Assembly: GCF_021028975.2 (NCBI RefSeq)
Contig: NC_059427.1
Span: 110,050,001 to 110,114,000 of the forward strand
Origin: Sphaerodactylus townsendi
Lineage: Eukaryota
Reading direction: 5' to 3'
Length of the DNA stretch: 64,000 bases
A program made the translations under genes and the position numbers. The notes beneath the pieces were generated by a model. The model was not told the DNA's origin. It saw nothing but the letters and a program-made list of their open reading frames with translations, and did no database searches. Below, in pieces: positions 46,434 to 60,470 of this stretch. How positions within the stretch are numbered: the first letter of the stretch is position 1; each line of letters opens with the position of its first letter.

Positions 46434-49400
46434 CTCTATCTCAACCAACAGTACTCCCTCACATACACTGAGAATAAAAATACTATTCCTTTGTGATATC
46501 TGAGCAGTCCAATATGTAGAATCTATGCTGACACAAACCCATACAAGGCCATTTTCCTAAAATGTGGGATGGATACCATGTTGGAATGATGTGCACACAA
46601 GCCAGAGGTGGCATTATAAAGAGCTGCATGTGGCTCTTGAACCAGTGAGTATCGCTGCTTTAGAGGGATTCTGTGTTTATTTGTTACTAAGACAAAGGTT
46701 TTCAATGTAAAGGAACTTTATTTCAAATTCCAAATATAATCAGCAGCAAGAATGGGAAGATCTTACTGAATTCTAACAACCATTTTGGATGCCAGGCTGG
46801 TCCCAATTTGTCTTCATGATGTTTTCTATGTAAGTGAAAGTACACATCCCACAGGAAGCCATAGATCAGAGGTGTTGCACTCATTTGGCCGGGCTGAGGG
46901 TGGGGGTTGCCTTAAATGGCAAGCCCCCAGCAGGCTCACCAGCTCAGATCAGCACTGGGGTGAGGGTGGCTGCCTCAGCTGGTGAGGCATTGGGGGTGGG
47001 GATGGGGGGTGGGGGAGTGGTTTGCCAAGTCACATTGGCAGTGGGGAGGGTAGTGTCTGGACAAGCAAGCCCGCAGCAGCCTCACCTGCCAAGAGTCACC
47101 TGCCCACTGGGGGTGGGGTGACTACCTCAGCTGGTAGAGGATGCTTGGACTGGTGAGTCCACAGGACCTCACCAGCCCAAATCAGAACTGTGTGTGTGTG
47201 GCTATCTCAGCTGGTGAGGGGGTGTGTGTCTGGACTAGTGAGCCTTCAGTGGCTTTGCCAGGCCAGAGTGGGGGCGGGGTGTGTGCCTGCCTAGACTAGC
47301 AACCCACAGCAGCCTCACCAGCCCAAATCAGCACTGGGGGGGGAGGGGCTGCCTGGACAGGCAAGCCCATAGCAGCCCTGTCAGCCCAGATTAGGAGCAG
47401 GGGGGAGGAGGGTTGTGCCTCAGCTGGCTCGTGGGACTGATGAGCCCTTTTAAGGGTTCGGATCCCCCTCCGTGGCATATGTGGACACCCCTGCCTTAGA
47501 GGCAGTTACTTTGATTAATGCAGCTTGAAAAGGAGACTGCCCCAGTGGTATTACTCTGAATTTATAACTAAATGATTTACGTGAAGAGCCCTACATGGAA
47601 AAAGAACTGGATCTGAATAAGAAGGTGAGCAGAGGAGCAAATTGTTCTTGCAGGTGGAATGCTTCTTTGTGTGACAAGCCTGAACTAAGAGAAATGTGCT
47701 CTCAAGATTTTCTCACACACACACACACACTTTGGATTTGGTTTCCCATTTGTAATTTGTGTTACATTACCATTGCCTTTAAAGATTCAGAGTGTGTGTG
47801 AAGTGCTTACAGTACGACTATTAAATCTCATCAGTTCTACTGTCTTCCTGAACTGGCAAACAAGCAACCTATAATTTTCATGTAGCTTTATGCCACCTTT
47901 TCGTATATCTTCACTCCAGGTTTGTAAATGCCAGTGTAATTTTTGAGAAAAATGGTGGGAAAAGTTCTTTTGCAAAAAAGTAATATGATTCTTTAAAAAT
48001 GCTGCAATAAGGAATAATCCCTACTTATCCCTACTGGAGTTGGATTTTCAGGCAATTTGCTTTGAACTCTGAGCACTTGCCAAGCTAGCTATACCTTGGC
48101 CTGGTCTAATTACTTCTAGGGTTGAAGATATGTAGGAACCACAAATTTCCTGTTTCCACATCCACCCATCAACTTGTCAGCCCTGTTTTCTAGTCATAAT
48201 CTCAATAATTTTGCTGCTTTTTCTAAGTGAAGTGCTAAATGTTTCATGCCAACTCATGTAGACTGCAGTGTGGTGCACAGTACTGTACACAGAGCAAATA
48301 GCTGATCTTCTGGCACTGCTCGCTGGCTAAATTGATTCATGAACTTCTCTCATAACTCTACAGTATCCATGTGCTGGCATTACCACTTGGTATCTTTTGT
48401 ATGCCAGACAGGGTGGCAGTCCTCTTATGTCGGGGTAGACTTGAAGCATCACCACCTCCCAAAATTCTTCTTAATGATAAGACTCTGGTTGGCTACTATT
48501 TTGCCCTAGAAATGTCTGCATTCCAAAGATACTATATGGATTTTTTTCTGTACTAACCATTCTGCCTACAAAAGAAGGCACAGGAGAAATGAATGCTGTA
48601 ATATTTATTTAGAGAGACCTGGTTCCTGTGTGCTTAATGCTGATTCCTTTTCTTTACAATGGTGAGGGAGCATGGAAAATGTTGAATCACCTCTCCCCAA
48701 GAAAGGCTATCTTCTGTTACAACATTACAGGTTAGATCTTGATGGAAGAGGGCTTGCTGTTAACGCATATTATGTTTATTCTTGGTTTCAGTAGGTGTCT
48801 AGCAGTATAGATCTACCATTCATGTATGGTAGTGATATTTAGTAGTCCTTGCACTACCCCCTGTACCCTTCTTGACCTGAGATGTGAGAATTACTTAGCT
48901 TAATTGACCACATCTACTATTATGTACCAAATATTGGACACCAGATAGAGTAGGAGAGGCCATCTGCAACTGGCTGTTTGCCTCATCACCTGTAGATGTT
49001 CTCACCCACATAGCAGTCATAACCCTGACGCTGTCGCCATGGCAGCCACTTCCTCTCCACTGGGAGTCTTGTTAGAAAAGAGTTTGGCAATTAAATGTCA
49101 TTATATCTATGTAACATTACCGGTTCTCTGAATCCCCAATTTCATTTAAAGAAAAGTAGATTCTAGCCCCTTTTGTTGAAGAGATATATCTTAGCAATGA
49201 AAGGGAGACTACATTTAAAAAAAAGAAAGCTAGGAATTCAGAGAATCTTTTACACACATTGTTATGATGTCATACTGACCTAGCAACATTCAGTTGCTGA
49301 TTTTCTAAAAACTGAAAATGTTCCAGAGGCCCGAGAGTGGAAGGATGGCCATTGCTGGTGGTCTGGGTTAGGGAAACTGTGGGAAAACCTGTCCTGTGGA

Positions 49401-50397
49401 AGACCCACCGATGCTGCGCTGGATCAGCAGTCACACCAGCCACAGGGATATCACACAAGCCCATCCCCATGTAGTGAAAACCACTACATTTACATGGAAC
49501 ATATAACTGTCTAACTTCTGTGCTTCGTGAACAAAAGGTTTGATTGTGGTTTATGAACAGCCTCTCCTGCTTTTTCTGGCTGACATGTTAGTGGCTTTCT
49601 CATTTTGTGAGGGATGGATTGAGAGGCTGACCTGCCACATAGGTTGACTTCCTTTACCACTGTTTCTTGCTAATCTACTTTCTGGTATTACTTCTTGCTT
49701 TCCTCTTCCAAAATACCATGTTTCCAAGGGACACTGTTATGTAATCACCTAAAAGCGTTTGATTTTCAGCAAACATAAAACAGCTCCTAAAAGTAATTCA
49801 CAGTCATTTTTGGCATGCTTAATGTAGTTAATGCACTAAGCAAATGAAACTGCTGCTGTATCCTTCTGGCCAGGTAGGAAGCAATTACTTGCAAATCAGT
49901 CCAGAGACTCTTTGTTCCAGTAAAAACATTTTAAGGTGTTTTGCAATATCTGAATATTCTTGGGCAACGTTGACAGTCCCTCCCTAATTAACTACAAAGG
50001 TAGTGATCATTCTGTTTCTCAGAATTTGTCTCCTATAAATGCACATATGTGCTGAGATGAAGGTTAACTAGGAGTGGGTAGATCTCTGAAGCTGATAATA
50101 AGGGAATGGGAATGTTCCTGATCTGCATGTTTTTGGTACTAAACGTCCAGTTTACCTAGTTTTCTGGGTCAGATTTTCTAGTAACCACAACATTGTGTAA
50201 CACACAAGCACAAGACATCTAGGAGGAGGAGGAGGATGGGGCCTCAGGAACTAGGACATAGAATTCATTTTTAAAGCAGGAAATCAAGGAGGAGAGAGCT
50301 TCCCCAGTGTATCAGCATTTGCAAATGGGGCAAATGAAAAGCATGGTTTCTGTCATAATGTGTCAAACAAAAGAGGGTTCCCTGACATGAACTAGAG

Positions 50398-50530
50398 CAG
50401 TGGTGGTGAACCTTTGGCGCTCACACAGGGTTTATTGCTCCAGCAAGAAATAGCCAATTGGCCATGCTGGCAGGGGCTGATGAGAATTGTAGTCCATAAC
50501 ATCTGGAGTGCCAAAGGTTCACCACCACGG
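50398..50530. mobile_element. 133-bp hAT MITE
   Basis: TIR CAGTGGTGGTGAACCTTTGGC / GCCAAAGGTTCACCACCACGG; perfect TSD AACTAGAG. Confidence 0.9.
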
Positions 50531-50539
50531 AACTAGAGG

Positions 50540-51530
50540 GTTCTAGCCTCCATAGGTTGGAGAAAGCAGCTGTCTTCATGACTGATGCCAACCTAAACTT
50601 CATGAAATTCTCAGCAAGGGCTATCGCATCCTGTGTGAAGGCACCTCTGGCCAAAGTCCTGGGCAATGATTATGCTCTCTAAATCAAATGTGGACACATG
50701 GCCCTTTTTTGGAGGCAAGCTTTTAGGGGACAGGGTAAATTACATCCTCATAGAAACTAAGGATATTTCACCTACAAATGAGATGACAAACACCCCAAAG
50801 GCTGTGGAACTCAGCCCTTTTGATCTAATAGAGCTCTATCTAAGTTCAGAGGAGACTTTAGAAGTAATTCCTGGATCAACCCCAGTCACCAGCCCAGATC
50901 TGCTGGACAATCAGCTGGAATCAACAGGAATACAAAGCAACAAAACCAATTATACTGATGCCAGGACAGTTTGGTGAGGGGAAGTCTCCAGGAATTTCAG
51001 GCAACTTGGCTGAGATCTACTGCTAGCTAAAATGACACAATCCCTTGACACAATCTGACTCGATAAGAGCAGAATGCATGCAAAGCTCATTTAAATGTCC
51101 AAACAGAAGCCAGCTAGGTCTAGGAGAGTGGGCATTTAACCCAGACCTGTTTCAGCAGATAGTGACTCTCTTTTGTTGCCCACAAGTAGATCTGTTTGCG
51201 ACAAGAAACAATGCCTGGATAGCAAAATATTTCTCATGTTCCCTCAAGGAAAGCAAGTGCATTCCCTGATGGCACCATACCTGAGAGGTCTTCTTTATGC
51301 CTTCCCCCCCTATTTCAGTCATTCCCAAAATGCTGTGCAAAATTGTACAGGAGAAGGTGCAAGTCATATGTGTGGCTCCTAGATTACCCAGGTGTTCATG
51401 GTTCTCCAGTCTAGTAACCTTGTCCACTCAGCCACCATGAGAATTAATAATAGTTTCAACATGCTAATGCAGGCCCTGTCTCACACCCAGACCCTTCATG
51501 GTTCCATCTGATCACCTGGAAATTTGAGAC
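50540..51530 (+). mobile_element. Decayed, internally deleted DIRS-type tyrosine-recombinase retrotransposon
   Basis: Gag-like PFFGGKLLGD; RT-start-like VRGSLQEFQATW; post-RNase H motifs EWAFNPDLFQQI...PQVDLFATRNNA and LLYAFPP. Confidence 0.8.
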
Positions 51531-52228
51531 ACCATGAGAGGTGTCTCTTAAGTTTCTGACATTTCAAGTTCTTGTGTGTCCCCACTTACCCAAAAACTTG
51601 TCTCCACTGCCCCTTGCCCTCTTCTGTCTTCTTTTTACTGGGTTTTTCTCATGCCTCCAACACTTCTTCACACCATGAACTGCCACCATGTTTTGACTGA
51701 TGATGAACACACCACCAGCCACGGGCTCCCTCCAGCTCAAACACAGATGGCACTCAATGACTTCCTCATCTGGCTACCATTTTCTTCCCCTGCCCAGTAG
51801 CATCCATTGATTTGAGGGGTGGGGGGTTGCTTAGTGCTGGACTGGCTGCAGGCTGCCTACCTGTCCACATATCAATACTGCTACTTTCTCCTCCCTTTCC
51901 CACTGCCTCACTTGTTCACCTGTCTCACTGCTATGTGCTTCTTCCTTCCATAGTATCTCTACAGCCACTGCAGTCTTCTGGCCACCTCGTCCATTTATTA
52001 CTGCTTCAGTTGGTTGTCAGCCCATGCAACCACCAACTCTTCTTGTTTGTATTTTCGTTGTGCATGCACAATGACATTAAAGTTTATCATATCTGCTAGC
52101 CAGCTGATTCAGGATTGCTTGGATTGGAAAATGGGACAACTTTCCCCACTTTGTTTCTTTCTCTTACCAATTTTGGATGCATTTCATACCCTTCAAAACA
52201 ACGGTTATGTGGGTTAACAATGGTTATG

Positions 52229-52578
52229 GGAGCAGCAGTGGTTAGTGGCATAGTGGTTAAGTGCAGGTGCATTCTAATTTGGAGGAACCGGGTTTGATTC
52301 CCCGCTCTGCCACCTGAGCTGTGGAGGCTTACCTGGGGAATTCAGATTAGCCTGTGCGCTCCCACACACGCCAGCTGGGTGACCTTGAGCTAGTTGCATC
52401 TCTTCAGAGCTCTCTCAGTCCCACCCACCTCACAGGGTGTTTGTTGTGAGGGGAGAAGGGCAAGGAGATTGTCAGCCCCTTTGAGTCTACTACAGGAGAG
52501 AAAGGGGGGATATAAATCCAAACTCCTCCTCTTCTTCTTCTTCTTCTTCTTGTCCTTGTCCTTCTCCTCCTCCTCCTT
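52229..52578 (+). mobile_element. Squam3-type tRNA-derived SINE with (CTT)n tail
   Basis: A box tggcatagtgg, B-box-like ggtttgattccc, body ctgggtgaccttg...cctcacagggtg, tail tataaatccaaactc(ctt)n. Confidence 0.85.
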
Positions 52579-53663
52579 CAGCAGCTCCCAAAATTGTAAT
52601 CTTGCAACATTTTCTTTGTGAGACAGGCTATGTTTAAGTTGTGTCTGCACAGGTCAGACACAATTTCTTCTGTTTGTGGCCTTTTTAAAATCTCTGATTT
52701 TTATTTTTGGATGCTCCTGGGTTTACTGACAAGTCTTCCTTCTCTGTCCATGGTACTATATTGTGGATTTATTGATCTGCATTCTAGGGCTATGTTCAGA
52801 ACTGGTTATATGGCAGGTGGTGGTCTAATTGCTGTTCTGAGTCTCCCTGCGCTGGGTTCCCTCTTGCATAGTTTTTGTGCTGTTCTGAATATGAGCCTTG
52901 GTTTTGGCAGCTGAATTCCTCTGGATTTCACTTTGCTACAGCTGCTTGTTTTATGGCCTAGTTTTATATTCTTCAGCTTAGTTTCTGTCGTTTATTGCCA
53001 TAATCCTTCCAACAAGCATGTTAATTAATGTTAATTAGTAATGTTACTGCAGTTTGTATTTATCTGGTTTTAAATACAGACTTGTCCAGGTGATAATGCT
53101 TGGTTGAGTTTTAAATTGAGTACCGTGATCTCAAGGTCTTGTTCAATTTCAAAAGTAAATCCATCTTCCAGATGGGTGCAGATCAATAAAATGCACCGAG
53201 ACATGTATGTCCTTGTTACCTGGAAATTCCACTTCAGAGGTACAGTGGGAAAAAGTCATGTTTTAGACTCCTTGGTGGGAAACCACCATGTCAGTGTCCC
53301 AAGCCATCATCAGTCAAAATTTGGTTAGAGGAAAGGGAGTATTTGTTCTTTATTGCATTCCTGGTGATATTATTGGGAACATACTGGAGTTTCAGAATTT
53401 TAGATTTTGGTCGGGAGAATGGAATGAACCAATTGCTTGTTCTGTTGATCCCAGTTGCAAAATGAGAACAGAAGGATTTGTCCATAACTACTTGAATGAG
53501 ATTAAGTAGTTAACAGTCTAGAAACTTTTGTGTTAACCTAGTTCAGACTTAAACTATCCTGCATCTAGCTATTTTCTGCTGGGCTGATTTTTTTCTGTGG
53601 TGATCATGTTGCCGCTACAATTATTGGCCAATTTCCACTTGTGGTGGAGATTCCAGATATCAA

Positions 53664-53967
53664 AGGAGGAGTAGTAGTAGTTTGGAGTTATATCCCCCCT
53701 TTCTCTCCTATAGGAGACTCAAAGGGGCTGACAATCTCCTTGCACTTCCCCCCTCACAACAAACACCCTGTGAGGTGGGTGGGGCTGAGAGAGCTCCGAA
53801 AAGCTGTGACTAGCCCAAGGTCACCCAGCTGGCATGTGTAGGAGTGCACAGGCTAATCTGAATTCCCCAGATAAGCCTCCACAACTCAAGCGGCAGAGCT
53901 GGGAATCAAACCTGGTTCCTCCAGACCAAAGTGCACCTGCTCTTAGCCACTACACCACTGCTGCTCC
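53664..53967 (-). mobile_element. Squam3-type SINE, same subfamily as 52229, inverted
   Basis: Reverse complement shares the diagnostic ctggggaattcagattagcctgtgc block. Confidence 0.85.
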
Positions 53968-54415
53968 TATAGGGTAATTGTTTTTTCATCATTCTCTCCC
54001 CCCACTCCCCACACACACCCCTCCCTGATTTTGTATTGCCAAACTAAAGTAACTGCACTACAACTATGCCGTGAGCTCAGATTTATTTGATTTGCAGTTT
54101 ACTATAAAAATGCAAAGGAAGATGCTCCATTTATTCAAAGACAAGTTGTTCCATACCTTCCAAGAAAAAAATAATCCTGACATCATAATGGAAAACTATT
54201 TTTTCTATTTTGTTTTAAAATAGAGCTTTTTGCAGAAAGAATGGGCTTTTCATTTGTAGAAGAATGGAGGAGAATAATGTCATGTGGAAATGGAAAACAA
54301 ATTGCAAATGAATCAGGGGTTTGAAACAGGGAAACAACTCCATGTGGAATCAGCTCTGGTTAGTCATATTATTTTCCATCTAGGGTTCAAAGTCCAGAGT
54401 TAAAATAAATATTCT

Positions 54416-54656
54416 AGAGCCAGTGTGGCATAGTGGTTAAAAGTAGGGGACTCTAATCTGGAAAACTGGTTTGATTCCCCTCTCCTTCACATGAAGCCTT
54501 CTGGGTGACCTTGAGCTAGTCAGTTTTTCAGAGCTGTCTCATCCCACCTACCTCACAAAGTGTCTGTTGTGCGGAGAGGAAGGGAAAGGCGTTTGTAATC
54601 CGTCTTGTGTCTCCTTACAGGAGAGAAAGGCAGGGTATAAATCCAGACTCTTCTTC
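54416..54656 (+). mobile_element. Squam3-type SINE (shorter subfamily)
   Basis: agccagtgtggcatagtggttaa...ggtttgattcccc...tataaatccagactcttcttc. Confidence 0.8.
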
Positions 54657-55092
54657 AAGTTATTGGGGGGAGGGGGTGCGCAATGGGCTACTGGAAAGGG
54701 AAGCAAGAAAGTCCTGCTTTCCAAAGTCCATAGAAAGTTGGATATACATCATTATCTTATTCCCATCTGCTAATTCAATTTTGGCTTATGTGTATCATTG
54801 GATATCTGGCAATTGTGGTTCAACAGGTTCATCCAAACTGGTTGGTAGCATTGAAAAGTTAACCTGTTAATCCATAAGACATTTATGGCATTTGTCATTT
54901 ATTACGAGTCTCATTTTTGCAGACTCCAGTGAACTTTTATTTTATCAATTGCTGATTTTATGGATTTTGTGGTTGTATGCAATTACTTTGGGTATTGTCT
55001 TCGATTTTTAAATTATGCGTATTTTATGTTAGAACAGTTTTTATGTAAGGTAATTCCGCTGGTACATCGCCCTGAGCCAGATCTGGGAAGGG

Positions 55093-55166
<74 letters not shown>
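55093..55166. repeat. (AATC)n microsatellite, probably the tail of a LINE 3' end
   Basis: Directly visible. Confidence 0.9.
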
Positions 55167-55168
<2 letters not shown>

Positions 55169-56919
55169 TAAATAAATAAGAGATTAGAGTAACTTTTAAC
55201 TTGCAAATTCTGGTTTCAGTCTGATGAAGTTCGGAGCTGGAACTGTACATTTCTGATTTCTTCTCTGGTCAGTTGAGTGGGCTAGCACAGTGAGTTGGTG
55301 TGTTCATTGTGCAATCTCAGGCAGAAGCACTCTGGTCAAAGCCCATTGCCTTTAATGGTCCAAGGTTGGAGCATCCCTTCATAGGATTATGCTATTAGGT
55401 GTGCCTTCCCGCAGAAGAGGCAAAGGTGAAATTGTACTGTACTCTCATTTACTGAAAGTTTCCCTCCCTTCCCTGTACTTCAGTTCTTTACACCAGAGAA
55501 GTCCTAACCCCTCCCAGGTTTATCGAAAGCATTTGTCACTCAGGGATTACTGAAAGACTTTAGACTATTTGTTTATCATTAACTATCTTGTGTCCCCAGA
55601 GTGTTGCTCCATTTTGTTCTTCTGAATTACTGTTTCTAGGCTTTCAGAGGTCCTTACGAGTGGTGATGATGTGGGGGCTTTCCACATGAACTGTCTGTGC
55701 TACATAAGTCTGTCGTACAATCACGTTACTAAAGCAGCTTGTGTTCTAGCCACAGATAAATGGCACCCACTCTGCTCTTTTAATGTATGAGTCAGGTCTT
55801 GAGGGTTTTATTAAAGCTGCCTGTATCTGGGAGGTTTCCTGATGAATAGTGTCCTGGTGCAGCTAAGATACATTGGTATTACAGTGCTGGGTATTGTTAA
55901 CTCTACACCTGTTGGAAGATGCATACTGCATGTCTTCAGTCAAAGTGTTAGCTTCTTGATTTGTGATTAGTGCTGCCAGTATACAATATCTGGAACAGTA
56001 CAAGAAGTACCATTTTTTTTAGAAGTGTGCTCGGTCCTTGATTTTCACAGTTGCTGACCAATTGAATGCAGAAAGATGGGATGAGGCAGAATGCAGGTTT
56101 CGCTTCGTTTAGAATCTGTGTCGTTTCATAGAGACTGATGACCCCAAATTCTGTCCCATCTAAAAAAAAATCTGTTGATGTTAAGTTAGAGAAAATATTT
56201 GATTACTACAACAGAGGCCGGCCACTTGTATCAAAATTTCCTTCTGCATCTCCAAATCACTTGAAAAGAATAGCAAGTTCAATGTTAGATTTGTGTCTCT
56301 AGTGCCACAGACCCCAAGGTAAATGAGAAAAACATCTACATTTTGCTTCATGTGAGCACTAACATTATATGTTGATTACTAGAATCCACCAAAGGAGTCT
56401 GCGCTGATGTTGTGAGGTGCTGCAAAGATTACTATATCTTGTCTCAATGAAAGATAGAAACTGAATGTTGAATTAATCCACAGCTACTTCCTGGACCTTC
56501 TGTGCAGTTGAGTACTTTGCTGTGGTCCTAGTGCCTGCCCAGTTGTTCCCCCAGTCCCAATTCTCCAGTAAGCATTTATAAAGCTATTTTAAGCATCACT
56601 TATGTCAAAACCTTTATTCTGTGCACTATTAAGCTTGCTACTTTAATAAAAGAGCAGTTATAAGAAAAAGACAAGTACTGCAAATAGTCTTTGGATGTAC
56701 TAAAAATACTTCTTTTATCGACGTAGCAAACTAAATGCTACCAGAGAATTGGGACTTTTTTGAACTGTGGGAGGACACGGTGTTCACTTCCGCTATACCA
56801 CATACGACTGCTTTTTTATCTTTCATTGCGACAAGGTATCAGTACTGGAAAAGGCCAGCTATTCTAATGGCAATAGAAGGTCCCTCAGTACTGACTGCAA
56901 ACTCTTTTTTAACTTTCAG

Positions 56920-56969
56920 AAATCCTGAATGATGTCCTCCGTAGCATGAAGAAAGATGGCGAATGGAAG
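56920..56969 (+). CDS. STXBP2: STXBP2 exon 2 (50 nt)
   Basis: ctttcAG|AA ATC...; (K)ILNDVLRSMKKDGEWK; donor AAG|GTAGGC. Confidence 0.95.
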
Positions 56970-58199
56970 GTAGGCATGTGTCACTATAGTGTAGAGACAG
57001 CTGCATATAACTCTCAAGCTTAATAAATGTACTGCTAAAAACTTTAACTGCATCTTGAAGATTACTTGCAAAAAAGGGCATTATCTGTCTTTGTGGAATC
57101 AGCTCAACTGTTTACACAATTAGGGTGTCACAGAGATAATATGGTGGCAGGTGTTCACTCAACCTTTTGTATCCTTGACTGTAGGCAGTTAAATTTCCTA
57201 GAAGTATCAATAACTTTTGTTGACGTGAAGGTGTAGGCCAGGCCAGCCATGAAATTACTGGCTGAAGACAGATCAAAGAGGCTATTAGAATTAGATTTGC
57301 CCCACTGGTTCTGCAAGAGCTTAATGTCACTTATAGGCTGGGTGTGTATTTTCCTGAGGCCTTCAGTACTTCACAGTTCCTATATGCAGTGTCTCATTGG
57401 AGAGATACATCTTTGCTGAGGCAAATTTTGTGTTTCTAAATGATAGTTTGTACTGATAATGTAGGTTGAATTAAGAAACATAGTTGGGAGTTACCGTGTC
57501 CTACATATTAGGGACCACAGGCTATAAGAAGGCAGTACAGCCTGAATTTGTAAGCTCTATGGAGTTCTTTCCAATGTGGGTGACACCTGGGATACTGAAG
57601 GTGACTAATTATGCTTTTAGAGCATCCATAGTGGAACTCCCATGTTCTGATTTTGAAGGAGGGGGTATAGTGCGTACATTTTAACTAATGTTAATTTTTA
57701 AAATCAAGATTTAACTTTCCAATAGTTCATAATTTTATTGGGGGGGGGGTGTTATTGTTTTCGCTTTGTTTTTTGTTTTGAGCAAAGGAGACAACAGTTT
57801 CGGTATAAAACACCTCCAATATTAACTACTTCTGGTTTCCCTTTGAGGTTTGAGATTTATTTATTAATGGATTTATTTATATTTTATCCCACCACCTTGA
57901 ATTCTTGAGCTTTTTGCGTAATTTGATATACTATTTATGTAGGAAACCTGGGTACAGGAGTCAAGTTCCCTAGAACTCCAGGGCTGCCATACTGGCAGCC
58001 AAACTCCACACAAAAGGACAAGGTAGAGGTGACCTAGCAGTATCAATAACTTTGGGAACTGGTCTCATCTGGAATGGGCTGCCAACTGCAACTACTAGAT
58101 GCCCAAATACCTGGAAATATGGTATTAGCATTTTGCAAAAAAAATTGAACCTTCTTCATCTCTTCTTTTACCTTCAGAATTAAATAAAATATCTGTATA

Positions 58200-59137
58200 A
58201 ACCTTCAAACTTTACCAGAGTGGACAACAGTAAGTGAAAAAGAGATTGAGAACTTAATTACATCTCTCACCCCGAACAAATAACTTGGGGAGGATCAGAT
58301 CCCATCAAATCTGTTTAAAGCATTCCTGACATGGTGGATACCAATATTTGCCAAACTCTTTTCACAAATCAATATCACAGGAAATCACAGGAAATTTCCC
58401 TAAGGGGTAGAAAACCAGCATAGTGGTCCCAATATATAAAAAGGAGGACAAGTTAGATCCAAATAATTACAACCCTATATATATTTTAAATATGGCTTCT
58501 AAATTCTGTGGGAAATATCCCCTTCTAAAGCTAGAGAATGGGTTGCTGAAAATCAGATGATACACCTGCACTAAGTAGGCTTCAGAAGGGTCCAAACTAC
58601 AGCTGACCATTGTCAAGTCCTTTATCAGCTAGTTTTTGCTGGCATGAGAGGTCCCACAAAATACATGCGGCATTTGGCAACAGCATTTGATTCCATCATT
58701 AGAGAGTGACTTAATTAACAAGACCAAATATTGTCACATGTCTGCCATCTCTTATGCAGGAACTGTATATAGACATGTACATAAGCGTCAGGGTGGGCTC
58801 CCTAAGGAGAGAATGAAGCAGTGTGTACTTGCCTCTCTGCTTTTCAACTTATACATAAATGACATCGTACCAAAGCTTTCAGGCCCTGATTTTGTTGCTC
58901 CCACTTTTGGTGACTGACAGTATCAGTTCTGTTATATTTAAATGACACGCCTCTTGATTTCCCTTACAAGAATCAGACTAAAAAGGCTTCTGCTCAGTTA
59001 GGGAGAATATTGCAGAAAGGAGGCTCTGTCTATAAATTATACAAAAACTAAAGTAATGATCTTTAGGAAAAGGCCCAAAAAATTCCTATGAAGTATTCAC
59101 AACATCCCCATTGATTAATGTAACTCCTTTAAATATC

Positions 59138-59213
<76 letters not shown>

Positions 59214-60470
59214 ATTGTAGATTTCACAGCTGCCAGATCTTTAGTTGGTTGTTGGTCTTCTTCATCATCATCATTATTATTATTACCATCATTAAAACTT
59301 TTATACCACCCACCCCCAAAGGGCTCTGGGCGGTGTACAACGTAAACAACGTAACATAACTTAACAAATAAAGCCCCCTCATAGATCTAAATCAAAATAC
59401 AATATAACTAGGGTTCTGGCCATTAAATAAATAAAACCATTTAAAACACAGCGTACAAAATATAGTGTCCAGATGATCTAAAAAGCCCCTCTCAGGAGGG
59501 AGACAGGGGGGCCCATCGATGTAATAAGGGCCACAGAAGTTAAAAGAGGGAGAGAGAGTCATGTTTAGTGAACATCTAGAAGTCATGTTTAGTGAAACCC
59601 TAAATTGAAACGGACACCTAGCAACAGTTAAGACCCTCAGCTTTAAGAACTATTTCAATAATGAGATTCTATGCCAGAGGAAGATTCCTTGTTGACCCTG
59701 CATTAAAACTCTTCGTAAGCCAAGTAATTCCCATGCTGCTCTATGCTGCTGAGGTCTGGGGATGGAATGAGCAAATACTTGCCAACCTGGGAACCGTTCA
59801 GAATCTCTTTCTCGGGCGTGTCTTGCCATTGCCAAGGGGAACATCAGCAGCCCTCCTTAGGGCAGAACTTGGCCTGCCATCAATTAAAGCCCATAACCAC
59901 TTGGTCATCTTAAAATCATGGAAGAACAAGAGAGCAGCAAATGCAGACTTGCTCAGTAACTGAAGTTACCAGATACCAAGACCCGTGCTGACTTCTTCAA
60001 TAACATTCTGCTTAATTGTACCACCCGAGACGATTTAATGAATGCGTCAGCAAATAACTCTGGGTCTTCAAAGATAAAAAAAATTAATTATGCAAATTTA
60101 ATTGTGCAATCCAAATTCTCTCCCTGGTATTGAGTAATCAAAAAAGATCACCTCAGAGCATCTTATTTGGTGGATATCTCACAATATAACATCAGGACTA
60201 AGACTACATTTCCAAACAATGCTAACAGAGTACTCAGTTGGACACTATTCTCTAAACCCACTGGAACAATGTCTCTGTAAAAGAGTGGTGGAAGATATAC
60301 CTCACTATGTCTTGGATTGCCCTCTATATGTAGAACCAAGGTTTAAATTTCTTTCCTGTGTTTTAAATGGGATAAAGTTTTTGGATAAACTTTTTGCTTT
60401 CAGACACTGATTCCTTTGTATCCTATACGATGGCTCTGTTTGCATTGTCAGCCACTAAATTCAGCCAAGG
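58200..60470 (+). mobile_element. Decayed non-LTR retrotransposon ORF2 (RTE-X-like), interrupted by (ATT)n and another LINE 3' end
   Basis: KTSIVVPIYKKEDKLDPNNYNPI; KQCVLASLLFNLYINDI; MLLYAAEVWG; C-terminal CLC...EDIPHYVLDCPLY; many stops. Confidence 0.8.
59138..59212. repeat. (ATT)n microsatellite
   Basis: Directly visible. Confidence 0.95.

Noticed and set aside
55221-55250. CUGAUGA plus a hairpin, as a possible hammerhead
   Set aside because: No GAAA box after helix II and no helix I or III
59111-59359. Poly-Tyr ORF
   Set aside because: Translation of an (ATT)n microsatellite
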